42,503 nt of DNA from the NCBI GenBank assembly GCA_039906565.1, contig JBDMAX010000536.1, positions 161,716 through 204,218 on the forward strand, written 5' to 3'. Shown here piece after piece: positions 22,121 to 34,045 of this stretch (the first letter of the stretch is position 1; the number at the start of each line of letters is the position of its first letter). A program made the translations under genes and the position numbers. This stretch comes from Aegotheles albertisi. Its lineage: Eukaryota. The notes under the pieces are model-generated. The model saw only the letters and a program-made list of their open reading frames with translations. It searched no databases and had not been told where the DNA came from.

Positions 22121-22395
22121 ACTGGGTTCTGTAGCCTCCGTGTGCTCCGGCTCCAGAGGAGTGAGGAGGGGATGGACGGGGCTGGGTGGTGATTGGGGTT
22201 GGAATTTGAAGTGCTGGACTTTACTGGTCTGGGGAGGGACAGATTGGGGCGGGGAGAGGAGGGGAAGGGCTGGAATGGGGGGGGGGGCAGCACCTGGGGC
22301 CACTGGAACAGGGGGAGCCGTGTGGGAGAGCGGCTGGAGGGTCCCGTGGGCAGCCGGATCGGACCCCAGGATGGGCCAGGGGTGAGGTCGGGTCG

Positions 22396-22630
22396 ATGAG
22401 GTCATTTCTGCCTGATGACGCCATGGGTGACATCACAGCCCCTTCCGCCCCACCATACCAGCCCCGCTGTGACATCACTCGTCCTGGGACCCGGCTGTTA
22501 ATGACCTCACAGTTCCCAACCCCCGCAGGGTTGTGACATCACAGCGTGCAGGACCCCACCCCAGGGGCGCGGGGGTGTCCTGAGCGGCGCTGAGCGCTGA
22601 CATCACGCCTTACATCACTATGACATCACA
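22396..22630. promoter_or_regulatory. Cluster of CRE-like TGACATCA octamers: 5 perfect copies and 2 near copies (TGAGGTCA, TGACCTCA) in ~235 bp, immediately 3' of the MVP polyA signal.
   Basis: TGACATCA at 22428, 22470, 22534, 22598, 22621. TGAGGTCA at 22396. TGACCTCA at 22502. Confidence 0.4.
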
Positions 22631-22651
22631 CCATCGCTTGCTGCCACCTCG

Positions 22652-22657
22652 CTTTAT
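22652..22657 (-). terminator. MVP: AATAAA polyadenylation signal of MVP (TTTATT on the plus strand), ~35 nt 3' of the stop codon.
   Basis: Canonical hexamer at the expected distance after the stop. Confidence 0.6.
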
Positions 22658-22690
22658 TGGGCTGGCGCCGGTTGCCATGGGGACGGGTCC

Positions 22691-22834
22691 TCAGGGGACG
22701 TGGTCGGGGGAGGTGGCACCGCTGGGGGGCTGGGTGAGCCCCAGCAGCCCCCGGGCGGTGGTGAAGAGGTTGAGGGGGGCGGTGCCGTCGGTGATGAGCG
22801 TTGACTGCAGCCCCAGCCCCTGCAGCAGCTTCAC
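22691..22834 (-). CDS. MVP: MVP last coding exon: [47 protein letters not shown].
   Basis: Matches human MVP ...[40 protein letters not shown]. Acceptor GGCAG|GTG. Stop TGA at 22691-22693. Confidence 0.85.
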   Translation of the reverse strand: MKLLQGLGLQSTLITDGTAPLNLFTTARGLLGLTQPPSGATSPDHVP

Positions 22835-22844
22835 CTGCCGGGAC

Positions 22845-23245
22845 CACTGCGCTGGCCACGCCCCCCCCGAGAGGCCACGCCCCCCCTTGAGACCCCGCCC
22901 CCAGTGGCAGCCACGCCCACAAAAGCCCCACCCCCTCCACAGAGACCCCACCTGAGGTCCTGCCCCTTCCAGGTGGCCACGCCCCCCCCGTGGCAGCCAC
23001 GCCCCCATTCATGGCTCCACCCCTTCCAGAAGGCCCTGGCCACGCCCCCACAGCTTAGATCCCCGCCCCCAAGGCCACGCCCCCACACAGCCCCACCCAG
23101 TCAAGGCCACGCCCCCATCCGAAGAGACCCCGCCCCCAGTGGCAGCCACACCCATAAAAGCCCCACCCCCTGTTAAGGCTCCGCCCCCTTCCAGATGGCC
23201 CCGCCCCCATGGCAGCCACACCCAGCCGAGGCCCCGCCCCCCCCC
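22845..23245. repeat. Array of ~20 GC/GT-box-like decamers ((G)GCCACGCCCCC / CCCCGCCCCC / CCCCACCCCC, ~20-27-bp period) filling the last MVP intron.
   Basis: Direct repetition. On the transcribed strand these read GGGGGCGTGG(C), an Sp/KLF-type box. Confidence 0.7.
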
Positions 23246-23250
23246 CTCAC

Positions 23251-23439
23251 CTGCAGCTCGGGCCCGGCGCGGGCGATGTCCCGGATGGTGTCGGGTCCCA
23301 GCGCCGCCACCACCTCCCGCACGCGCGAGGCCTCCACGTCCGCCAGCGCCTGCGCCCGCGCCGCCTCCGCCTCCGCCCGCGCCCGCTGCGCCCGCACCTC
23401 CTGCGCCTGCGCCCGCTCCAGCCGCGACAGCTCCGCCTC
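23251..23439 (-). CDS. MVP: MVP exon: [63 protein letters not shown] (cap-helix region).
   Basis: Matches human ...[25 protein letters not shown]. Acceptor CCCCCAG|G, donor CAG|GTGAGG. Confidence 0.85.
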
Positions 23440-23523
23440 CTGGGGGCGGGGCCGGACTCAGGACACGCCCCCTCCCGACTGGGGCGGGGCTAATGTTGGT
23501 CCCGCCCCCCAGCCCCCCCTCAC

Positions 23524-23650
23524 CGTCTCGATGGCGATGGCTTCGGCCTTCAGCTTGGCCTGCAGGATCGCGGCCTCCCCTTCGATGCGCGCGGCCTCCG
23601 CTCGCGCCTGCGCCTCCGCCCGCGCCGCCCCTGCGCTCTCCACCGCCGCG
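23524..23650 (-). CDS. MVP: MVP exon: (S)[42 protein letters not shown].
   Basis: Matches human [42 protein letters not shown]. Donor ACG|GTGAGG. Confidence 0.85.
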
Positions 23651-23674
23651 CTGGGGGGGTGGGCAGGACACGGG

Positions 23675-24000
23675 CCATGTGTCCCCAACCCCCCCAGAGT
23701 GTCCCCTGGGGGAGCAGGGACTGTCCCCAACCCCCCCAGAGTGTCCCCTGGGCGAGCAGGGACTGTCCCCAACCCCCCCAAAGTGTCCCCTGGGCGAGCA
23801 GGGACTGTCCCCAACCCCCCCAAAGTGTCCCCTGGGTGAGCAGGGACTGTCCCCAACCCCCCCAAAGTGTCCCCTGGGGGAGCAGGGACTGTCCCCAACC
23901 CCCCCAAAGTGTCCCCTGGGCGAGCAGGGACTGTCCCCAACCCCAAAGTGTCCCCTGGGGGAGCAGGGACTGTCCCCAACCCCCCCAAAGTGTCCCTTGG
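23675..24000. repeat. Intronic 42-bp minisatellite (GTCCCCTGGGGGAGCAGGGACTGTCCCCAACCCCCCCAGAGT), ~8 copies.
   Basis: Tandem periodicity. Confidence 0.9.
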
Positions 24001-24041
24001 GATGGGGCAGGAGCCCCGGTGCCTGTTGGGAAGATGCCGAC

Positions 24042-24158
24042 CTGAGAGCCTCCAGCTCCAGCAGTGCCCTGCGCGCCCGCTCAGCCTCCGCCTGGTCCAG
24101 GAGCCGCTGCCGCTCCAGGCGCCCGCGGGCCTCCTGCGCCAGCCGCTCCGCCTCTTGC
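24042..24158 (-). CDS. MVP: MVP exon: (R)[38 protein letters not shown](S).
   Basis: Matches human [39 protein letters not shown]. Acceptor CCCCAG|G, donor AG|GTCGGC. Confidence 0.85.
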
Positions 24159-24164
24159 CTGGGG

Positions 24165-24875
24165 ACACCGGGGGACACGGGGGGACACGGTGAGGGAATG
24201 GGGGAGCAGGGGACAGGGGGGTGTGGGGCGCATTTAGGGACACGAGGGACATGTGGGGGACATGGATGGACGCAGGGAGATCTGGTGATGTGGGGTGTTT
24301 GGGGACATGGGGGGGTGTGGGGGGACGTGGGAGGACACGGGGGACTGCGGGATGTGGGGGGGTGTCGGGGACTGTGGGATGTGGGGGGGTGTGGGGGAGC
24401 GTGGGGGGACGTGGGGGAGCATAGGGGGAAGTGGAGGGACGTGGTGGGATGTGGGGGAACATGGGACAGTGGGGCATGGGGGGATATGGTGGGGCATGGG
24501 GGGATATGGGGGGACATGAGGGGATATGGGGGGATATGGGGGGACATGGGGGGATATGGGGGGATATGGGGGGACATGGGGGGACATGGGGGGATATGGG
24601 GGGATATGGGGGGATATGGTGGGGCATGGGGGGATATGGGGGGACATGAGGGGATATGGGGGGATATGGGGGGACATGGTGGGGCATGGGGGGACATGGG
24701 GGGATATGGGGGGACTTGGGGGATGTGGAGGAGCGTGGGGGGACGTGGGAGGATGTGGTGGCAAGTGGGGGGACATGGGGGAGCATGGTGGGAAGTGGTG
24801 GGACGTGGAGGGACATGGGGGGACGTGGGGGGACATGGGGGGACATGGGGGGATGGAGGGGGAAGCGGGGGGCCA
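24165..24875. repeat. Intronic G-rich 20-21-bp minisatellite (GGGGGACATGGGGGGATATGG and variants), ~34 copies.
   Basis: Tandem periodicity. Confidence 0.9.
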
Positions 24876-24997
24876 TTTGGAGACACAAAGGACACCAAGT
24901 GGCCTCCTGGGCGCTAGCGTTGATCTCCAGGGACACAGGGGACAACACAGGAGGGACCTTGAGGGACAGGAGATGACACGGGGGGGGGCGTGAGGAC

Positions 24998-25209
24998 CTG
25001 GCAGCAGCCTCCTGGGAGTTGGTGGCGATCTCGATGGCCAACTGGACGCTGCGCTGCAGGGCGTCGCGGGTGCGCTGGTCCACGGGCTCCACGCTCTGGA
25101 TGTCCACGCTGGTCACCACCAGCCCATTGGGGGCGAAGCGGAGCTGCTCCCGCAGCCGCCCGGCCTCGTCGAAGCCAAACACGGCCGAGCAGATGAGACG
25201 GTTGGAGTT
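24998..25209 (-). CDS. MVP: MVP exon: [70 protein letters not shown].
   Basis: Matches human NSARIIRTAVFGFE...[43 protein letters not shown]. Acceptor TCCCCAG|AAC, donor AG|GTCCTC. Confidence 0.9.
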
Positions 25210-25537
25210 CTGGGGACAGCAGGGACGTGTGAGACACCTGGGGACATCAGGGTCACCTCCAGGATGGTGGGGACACACGAAGGATGGAGGGGAACTGGGG
25301 ACACGGGGGGATATCGCTGCCTCCATCAAAGCAGAACATGGTTGAGCAGAAGAGCTGATGGGGGTTCCTGGGCCATCAGGGCTGTGAAGGACACCTGGGG
25401 ACATCGGACACCGAGGGAGGCTCGAGGTGCCACAGGGTGAGACCCGGGGTGACCGTGGGCACCAGCGAGGGGGGCAGCGGCGCTCAGCCGAGGGGACGCG
25501 GTGGTGGGAAGGGACACCCGAGGGACACTGAGGAGAC

Positions 25538-25676
25538 CTTGTGGAAGTCATCGAAGGTGACGGCGGCCACGGCGCCGCGCACGCGGGAGGCCAAGGCCTT
25601 GCAGGCGTCGCCCACGAAGTCGGGGACACTGAAGAGGCGCCCAAGGGCCGCGGGGTCCTCCGGCACCTCGAAGTGC
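25538..25676 (-). CDS. MVP: MVP exon: (W)[46 protein letters not shown].
   Basis: Matches human [48 protein letters not shown]. Donor AAG|GTCTCC. Confidence 0.9.
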
Positions 25677-25681
25677 CTGGG

Positions 25682-26075
25682 GGGGTGGGGGAGATCCGGC
25701 CTCAGGGCCCCGCCCACCCTGGCCACGCCCACCCTGGCCCCGCCCACTGCCATGGCCACACCCCCTCACCGGGCCCCACCCCCTCACCCGGCCACGCCCA
25801 AGTGTGAGACCACGCCCCCCTTAACAGACCCCACCCCCTTCCAGACCACACCCCCAGGCTCCACCCCCACACCTGCGACCACGCCCCCTTCGTTGGCCAC
25901 ACCCCCAGGCCCCACCCCCTCCTCTGGCCCCGCCTTCACCACCAGACTCCACCCCCAAACATGAGGCCCCGCCCCCTCACCTGGCCCCACCCCTATCTCC
26001 CACACCCCCCCAAGGCCACTCCTCCTTTCTGGCCCCGCCCCCTGCCAGACTCCGCCCCCCAGCCCTAGGCCCCGC
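25682..26075. repeat. Second array of GC/GT-box-like decamers ((G)GCCACGCCCCC / CCCCGCCCAC / CCCCACCCCC), ~18 copies, filling an MVP intron.
   Basis: Direct repetition. Same family as 22845-23245. Confidence 0.7.
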
Positions 26076-26079
26076 CCAC

Positions 26080-26278
26080 CAGTTGTAGGCCAGCTGGAGC
26101 TGGAGCCGCGCGTGGTCGGCGGTCTCGATGGTGACGATGTCGGCGCAGAAGTCGGGGCCGAGGCGCAGGCAGAGGCTGCGGCGGGCGTGGGGGCGCTTGG
26201 GGCGCCCGGCCGAGAGCGACAGCACCGTCAGCTGCTCCCCGGGGCCCAGCACCACCAGCTCGGGGCCCAGCACCACCC
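26080..26278 (-). CDS. MVP: MVP exon: (R)[65 protein letters not shown](W).
   Basis: Matches human [67 protein letters not shown]. Acceptor CCGCAG|G, donor TG|GTGGGC. Confidence 0.9.
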
Positions 26279-26374
26279 TGCGGGACCACGGCGTCACCGG
26301 CGTCACCTCCCCTGTGGGGCCCGGAGCCACCGCACAGGGCCAAGGGACACGCGGGTGCCCACCAACACCTGGTG

Positions 26375-29300
26375 ACCCACCAAGGTCACACCCAAGGACA
26401 TCAGTGACACCCCAAGGCCATCAGTGACACCCCAAGGCCATCAGTCACACCAAGGTCACACCCAAGGACATCAGTGACACCCCAAGGCCATCGGTCACAC
26501 CAAGGTCACACCCAAGGACATCTGTGACACCCCAAGGCCATCGGTCACACCAAGGTCACACCCAAGGCCATCAGTGACACCCCAAGGCCATCGGTCACAC
26601 CAAGGTCACACCCAAGGACATCTGTGACACCCCAAGGCCATCGGTCACCCCAAGGTCACACCCAAGGACATCTGTGACACCCCAAGGCCATCGGTCACAC
26701 CAAGGTCACACCCCAAGGACATCAGTGACACCCCAAGGCCATCGGTCACACCCCAAGGCCATCGGTCACACCCCAAGGACATCTGTGACACCCCAAGGCC
26801 ATCAGTGACACCCCAAGGCCATCGGTCACACCAAGGTCACACCCAAGGACATCTGTGACACCTCAAGGCCATCAGTGACACCCCAAGGCCATCAGTGACA
26901 CCAAGGTCACACCCCAAGGACATCTGTGACACCCCAAGGCCATCGGTCACACCAAGGTCACACCCAAGGACATCTGTGACACCCCAAGGCCATCGGTCAC
27001 ACCAAGGTCACACCCAAGGACATCAGTGACACCCCAAGGCCATCGGTCACACCAAGGTCACATCCAAGGACATCAGTGACACCCCAAGGCCATCGGTCAC
27101 ACCAAGGTCACACCCAAGGCCATCAGTGACACCCCAAGGCCATCAGTCACACCAAGGTCACACCCAAGGACATCTGTGACACCCCAAGGCCATCAGTGAC
27201 ACCCCAAGGCCATCGGTCACACCAAGGTCACATCCAAGGACATCAGTGACACCCCAAGGCCATCGGTCACACCAAGGTCACACCCCAAGGACATCTGTGA
27301 CAGCCCAAGGACATCTGTGACACCCCAAGGCCATCAGTCACACCAAGGTCACACCCAAGGACATCTGTGACACCCCAAGGCCATCAGTGACACCAAGGTC
27401 ACACCCAAGGACATCAGTGACACCCCAAGGCCATCGGTCACACCAAGGTCACACCCCAAGGACATCTGTGACAGCCCAAGGACATCAGTGACACCCCAAG
27501 GCCATCGGTCACACCAAGGTCACACCCAAGGACATCAGTGACACCCCAAGGCCATCGGTCACACCAAGGTCACACCCAAGGACATCTGTGACACCCCAAG
27601 GCCATTGGTCACACCAAGGTCACACCCCAAGGACATCAGTGACACCCCAAGGCCATCGGTCACACCAAGGTCACCAATCACACCCCAAGGACAACATTCA
27701 AACACCAAGGCCACCAGTCACACCCAAGGACATCTGTGACACCCCAAGGCCATCGGTCACACCAAGGTCACACCCAAGGACATCTGTGACACCCCAAGGC
27801 CATCGGTCACACCAAGGTCACACCCCAAGGACATCAGTGACACCCCAAGGCCATCGGTCACACCAAGGTCACACCCAAGGACATCTGTGACACCCCAAGG
27901 CCATTGGTCACACCAAGGTCACATCCAAGGACATCTGTGACACCTCAAGGCCATCAGTCACACCCCAAGGACATCAGTGACACCCCAAGGCCATCAGTCA
28001 CACCAAGGTCACACCCCAAGGATATCTGTGACACCCCAAGGCCATCAGTCACACCAAGGTCACACCCCAAGGACATCTGTGACACCCCAAGGCCATCAGT
28101 CACACCAAGGTCACACCCAAGGACATCAGTGACACCCCAAGGCCATCGGTCACACCAAGGTCACACCCCAAGGACATCTGTGACACCTCAAGGCCATCGG
28201 TCACACCAAGGTCACACCCAAGGACATCAGTGACACCCCAAGGCCATCAGTGACACCAAGGTCACATCCAAGGACATCTGTGACACCCCAAGGCCATCGG
28301 TCACACCAAGGTCACACCCAAGGACATCTGTGACACCCCAAGGTCATCGGTCACACCAAGGTCACACCCAAGGACATCTGTGACACCCCAAGGCCATCGG
28401 TCACACCAAGGTCACACCCAAGGACATCTGTGACACCCCAAGGTCATCGGTCACACCAAGGTCACACCCAAGGACATCTGTGACACCCCAAGGCCATCGG
28501 TCACACCAAGGTCACACCCAAGGACATCAGTGACACCCCAAGGCCATCGGTCACACCAAGGTCACACCCAAGGACATCTGTGACACCCCAAGGCCATCGG
28601 TCACACCAAGGTCACACCCAAGGCCATCAGTGACACCCCAAGGCCATCGGTCACACCAAGGTCACACCCAAGGACATCAGTGACACCCCAAGGCCATCAG
28701 TGACACCAAGGTCACACCCCAAGGACATCTGTGACACCCCAAGGCCATCGGTCACACCAAGGTCACACCCAAGGACATCTGTGACACCCCAAGGCCATCG
28801 GTCACACCAAGGTCACACCCAAGGACATCTGTGACACCCCAAGGCCATCGGTCACACCAAGGTCACACCCCAAGGACATCAGTGACACCCCAAGGCCATC
28901 GGTCACACCAAGGTCACACCCCAAGGACATCAGTGACACCCCAAGGCCATCAGTGACACCAAGGTCACACCCAAGGACATCTGTGACACCCCAAGGCCAT
29001 CGGTCACACCAAGGTCACACCCCAAGGACATCTGTGACACCCCAAGGCCATCGGTCACACCAAGGTCACACCCAAGGCCATCAGTGACACCCCAAGGCCA
29101 TCGGTCACACCAAGGTCACACCCAAGGCCATCTGTGACACCCCAAGGCCATCGGTCACACCAAGGTCACACCCAAGGACATCAGTGACACCCCAAGGCCA
29201 TCGGTCACACCAAGGTCACACCCAAGGACATCAGTGACACCCCAAGGCCATCGGTCACACCAAGGTCACACCCAAGGACATCAGTGACACCCCAAGGCCA

Positions 29301-29825
29301 TCGGTCACACCAAGGCCACACCCCAAGGACATCTGTGACACCCCAAGGCCATCGGTCACACCAAGGTCACACCCCAAGGCCATCAGTGACACCCCAAGGC
29401 CATCAGTCACACCAAGGTCACATCCAAGGACATCAGTGACACCCCAAGGCCATCAGTGACACCAAGGTCACACCCCAAGGCCATCAGTGACACCCCAAGG
29501 CCATCAGTCACACCAAGGTCACATCCAAGGACATCTGTGACACCCCAAGGACATCAGTCACACCAAGGTCACATCCAAGGACATCTGTGACACCCCAAGG
29601 CCATCAGTCACACCAAGGTCACATCCAAGGACATCTGTGACACCCCAAGGCCATCGGTCACACCAAGGTCACACCCAAGGACATCTGTGACACCCCAAGG
29701 CCATCAGTCACACCAAGGTCACACCCAAGGACATCAGTGACACCCCAAGGCCATCGGTCACACCAAGGTCACCAATCACACCCCAAGGCCATCGGTCACA
29801 CCCAAGGCCATTGGTCACAGTCAAG
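26375..29825. repeat. Intronic ~50-bp minisatellite (CAAGGTCACA CCCAAGGACATCAGTGACAC CCCAAGGCCATCGGTCACAC; internal 20-bp subunits), ~68 copies over 3.4 kb. It is C/A-rich on the plus strand, so the pre-mRNA is G-rich.
   Basis: Tandem periodicity. Confidence 0.9.
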
Positions 29826-29884
29826 GAAGGACCCCCATGTGCACGGGTGTCACAGCCATGTCCCTGGTGTCCCCCCCTGCTCAC

Positions 29885-30135
29885 CGCGCCCGCCGCTCCC
29901 GGTAGTCGTAGACCTGCACGGCGGCGTTGTGGGGCACCTGGTAGGTGACGGCGCGCGTGCGGTCGCGCTGGGGGACGCCGGTGTCGGCGCTGGTGGCAGG
30001 GGACCCCCCGAGGTCGGCGCCGCGGGTGTCCCCACGGGCATCGGCCAGCAGGGCCTCCACGGCGGGGGGCAGCTCCTTCTCCCACAGCTCCTCGGCCGCC
30101 GTCAGCAGGTACGCCTGGCCCGTCACCACCCGCAC
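29885..30135 (-). CDS. MVP: MVP exon: [83 protein letters not shown](R).
   Basis: Matches human [82 protein letters not shown]. Acceptor CCCCGGTGCAG|G, donor CG|GTGAGC. Confidence 0.9.
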
Positions 30136-30139
30136 CTGC

Positions 30140-31075
30140 ACCGGGGACACAGCCACCGCGGGCACTGGGGGCACTGGGACGGGCTGGGGAACGGGAGGGG
30201 GCACAGGGGGACTGGGAGGGGGCTGGGGGAAATGGGAGGGGGCACAGGGGTACTGGGAGGGGGCACTGGGGGAAATGGGAGTGGGCTGGGGGAAATGGGA
30301 GTGGGCTGGGGGGAATGGGAGGGGGCACAGGGGTACTGGGAGGGGGGACTGGGGGAAATGGGAGTGGGCTGGGTGGAATGGGAGTGGGCACAGGGGCAAT
30401 GAGGGCACTGGAGTAGGCACAGAGGCACTGGGATGGGGACTGGGGGCAATGGGAGGGGACACTGGGCGCAATGGGAGGGGCACTGGGGGTACTGGGATGG
30501 GACCTGGGGGCACTAGAGGGGTGTGGGGGGAATGGGAGGGGGCGTGGGGGCACTGGGAGGGGGCACTGGGGGCAATGGGATAGGGACTGGGGGCAATGGG
30601 AGGGGCGTGGGGGGGACGGGAGGAGAACTGGGGGGGAATGGGAGGGGGCGTGGGGGCACTGGGATGGGGCTGGGGGAATGCGAGGGGGCACAAGGGCAAT
30701 AGGAGGGGGCATGGGGGCACTGGGAGGGGGCTGGGGGTACTGGGAGGGTGCATGGGGGCAATGAGGGCACTGGAGCAGGCACAGAGGCACTGGGATGGGG
30801 ACTGGGGGCACTGGGATGGGGACTGGGGGCACTGGAGGGGTGCAGGGGAATGGGAGAGGGTGCAGGGGCACTGGGAGCGGAACTGGGGGGAATGGGAGGG
30901 GGCATGGAGGCACTGGGAGAGGGCCTGGGGGCACTGGGAGGGGGCACTGGGGACACTGGGAGGGTGCACGGGGACACTGGGAGAGGAACTGGGAGTACTG
31001 GGAAGGGCTGCGTGGGATATTGGGAGCACTGGGAGGGGAGCTGAGAGACTGGGATTTTGTTTGGGGTCCCTGGGA
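30140..31075. repeat. Intronic G-rich minisatellite (GGGCACTGGGAGGGGGCACTGGGGGAAATGGGAG-type, ~30-bp units).
   Basis: Tandem periodicity. Confidence 0.85.
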
Positions 31076-33995
31076 TCTGACACATGGGATACTGGGGGGC
31101 AGTGGGGGGATACTGGGGGGCAGCGGGGGGGTACTGGGGGGCAGTGGGGGGATACTGGGGGGCAGTGGGGGGGTACTGGGGGGCAGTGGGGGGATACTGG
31201 GGGGCAGCGGGGGATACTGGGGGGCAGTGGGGGGGTACTGGGGGGCAGTGGGGGGGTACTGGGAGGCAGCGGGGGGATACTGGGGTGCAGCGGGGGGATA
31301 CTGGGGGGCAGTGGGGGGATACTGGGGTGCAGCGGGGGGATACTGGGATGGGGTTTCCGGTCACTGGGAGCACTGGGAGGGGAGCTGAGAGACTGGGATT
31401 TTGTTTGGGGTCCCTGGGATCTGACACATGGGATACTGGGAGGCAGTGGGGGGATACTGGGGGGCAGCGGGGGGGTACTGGGAGGCAGTGGGGGGATACT
31501 GGGGGGCAGCGGGGGATACTGGGGGGCAGTGGGGGGTACTGGGGGGCAGTGGGGGGGTACTGGGAGGCAGCGGGGGGATACTGGGGTGCAGCGGGGGGAT
31601 ACTGGGGGGCAGTGGGGGGATACTGGGCTGCAGCGGGGGGATACTGGGATGGGGTTTCCGGTCACTGGGAGCACTGGGAGGGGAGCTGAGAGACTGGGAT
31701 TTTGTTTGGGGTCCCTGGGATCTGACACATGGGATACTGGGAGGCAGTGGGGGGATACTGGGGGGCAGCGGGGGGGTACTGGGAGGCAGCGGGGGGGTAC
31801 TGGGGGGCAGTGGGGGGGTACTGGGGGGCAGCGGGGGGATACTGGGGGGCAGTGGGGGGATACTGGGGGGCAGCGGGGGGATACTGGGAGGCAGCGGGGG
31901 GGTACTGGGAGGCAGCGGGGGGGTACTGGGAGGCAGTGGGGGGATACTGGGGGGCAGTGGGGGGGTACTGGGGGGCAGCGGGGGGATACTGGGATGGGGT
32001 TTCCGGTCACTGGGAGCACTGGGAGGGGAGCTGAGAGACTGGGATTTTGTTTGGGGTCCCTGGGATCTGACACATGGGATACTGGGAGGCAGTGGGGGGA
32101 TACTGGGGGGCAGCGGGGGATACTGGGGGGCAGTGGGGGGGTACTGGGAGGCAGCGGGGGGATACTGGGGTGCAGCGGGGGGATACTGGGGGGCAGCGGG
32201 GGGATACTGGGGGGCAGTGGGGGGGTACTGGGGTGCAGCGGGGGGATACTGGGGGGCAGCGGGGGATACTGGGGGGCAGTGGGGGGGTACTGGGGGGCAG
32301 TGGGGGGGTACTGGGAGGCAGCGGGGGGATACTGGGGTGCAGCGGGGGGATACTGGGGGGCAGTGGGGGGATACTGGGGTGCAGCGGGGGGATACTGGGA
32401 TGGGGTTTCCGGTCACTGGGAGCACTGGGAGGGGAGCTGAGAGACTGGGATTTTGTTTGGGGTCCCTGGGATCTGACACATGGGATACTGGGAGGCAGTG
32501 GGGGGATACTGGGGGGCAGCGGGGGGGTACTGGGAGGCAGTGGGGGGATACTGGGGGGCAGCGGGGGATACTGGGGGGCAGTGGGGGGGTACTGGGGGGC
32601 AGTGGGGGGGTACTGGGAGGCAGCGGGGGGATACTGGGGTGCAGCGGGGGGATACTGGGGGGCAGTGGGGGGATACTGGGCTGCAGCGGGGGGATACTGG
32701 GATGGGGTTTCCGGTCACTGGGAGCACTGGGAGGGGAGCTGAGAGACTGGGATTTTGTTTGGGGTCCCTGGGATCTGACACATGGGATACTGGGAGGCAG
32801 TGGGGGGATACTGGGGGGCAGCGGGGGGGTACTGGGAGGCAGCGGGGGGGTACTGGGGGGCAGCGGGGGGATACTGGGGGGCAGCGGGGGGATACTGGGA
32901 GGCAGCGGGGGGTACTGGGAGGCAGTGGGGGGATACTGGGGGGCAGTGGGGGGATACTGGGGGGCAGTGGGGGGGTACTGGGGGGCAGCGGGGGGATACT
33001 GGGATGGGGTTTCCGGTCACTGGGAGCACTGGGAGGGGAGCTGAGAGACTGGGATTTTGTTTGGGGTCCCTGGGATCTGACACATGGGATACTGGGAGGC
33101 AGTGGGGGGATACTGGGGGGCAGCGGGGGATACTGGGGGGCAGTGGGGGGGTACTGGGAGGCAGCGGGGGGATACTGGGGTGCAGCGGGGGGATACTGGG
33201 GGGCAGCGGGGGGATACTGGGAGGCAGTGGGGGGATACTGGGAGGCAGCGGGGGGATACTGGGGGGCAGCGGGGGGGTACTGGGATGGGGTTTCCGGTCA
33301 CTGGGAGCACTGGGAGGGGAGCTGAGAGACTGGGATTTTGTTTGGGGTCCCTGGGATCTGACACATGGGATACTGGGGGGCAGTGGGGGGATACTGGGGG
33401 GCAGCGGGGGGGTACTGGGAGGCAGCGGGGGGATACTGGGGGGCAGTGGGGGGATACTGGGGGGCAGCGGGGGGATACTGGGATGGGGTTTCCGGTCACT
33501 GGGAGCACTGGGAGGGGAGCTGAGAGACTGGGATTTTGTTTGGGGTCCCTGGGATCCGACACATGGGATACTGGGGGGCAGTGGGGGGGTACTGGGGGGC
33601 AGTGGGGGGATACTGGGGGGCAGCGGGGGATACTGGGGGGCAGTGGGGGGATACTGGGAGGCAGTGGGGGGATACTGGGAGGCAGCGGGGGGATACTGGG
33701 GGGCAGCGGGGGGATACTGGGATGGGGTTTCCGGTCACTGGGAGCACTGGGAGGGGAGCTGAGAGACTGGGATTTTGTTTGGGGTCCCTGGGATCCGACA
33801 CATGGGATACTGGGAGGCAGTGGGGGGATACTGGGGGGCAGCGGGGGATACTGGGGGGCAGTGGGGGGGTACTGGGAGGCAGTGGGGGGATACTGGGGGG
33901 CAGTGGGGGGGTACTGGGAGGCAGTGGGGGGATACTGGGAGGCAGCGGGGGGATACTGGGATGGGGTTTCCGGTCACTGGGAGCACTGGGGGGGG
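31076..33995. repeat. Intronic G-rich 20-21-bp minisatellite (GGGATACTGGGGGGCAGTGGG) organised into higher-order repeats (~200-400 bp). The units are separated by a conserved ~95-bp spacer (GGATGGGGTTTCCGGTCACTGGGAGCACTGGGAGGGGAGCTGAGAGACTGGGATTTTGTTTGGGGTCCCTGGGATCTGACACATGGGATACTGG), ~10 spacer copies.
   Basis: Tandem periodicity. The spacer recurs at ~31021, 31347, 31646, 31991, 32395, 32700, 33002, 33286, 33482, 33722, 33962. Confidence 0.9.
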
Positions 33996-34045
33996 GTTGT
34001 GGGGGGTTGGGGTGCCCAAGGGGTGCCCGGGAGGGGTGGTGGCAC

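Noticed and set aside
23009-24917. 629-aa and 728-aa minus-strand ORFs and a 592-aa plus-strand ORF.
   Set aside because: These are read-throughs across genuine MVP exons and the intronic minisatellites (42-bp and 20-bp arrays). The real product is the spliced MVP exon set.
26210-26230. The ORF-track translations across ~26220 imply ...GACAGCACC..., whereas the printed sequence reads ...GACCAGCACC..., a one-base discrepancy.
   Set aside because: It cannot be resolved without the raw file. It affects only the local exon coordinate by +/-1 (MVP exon at 26080-26278) and not the gene call.
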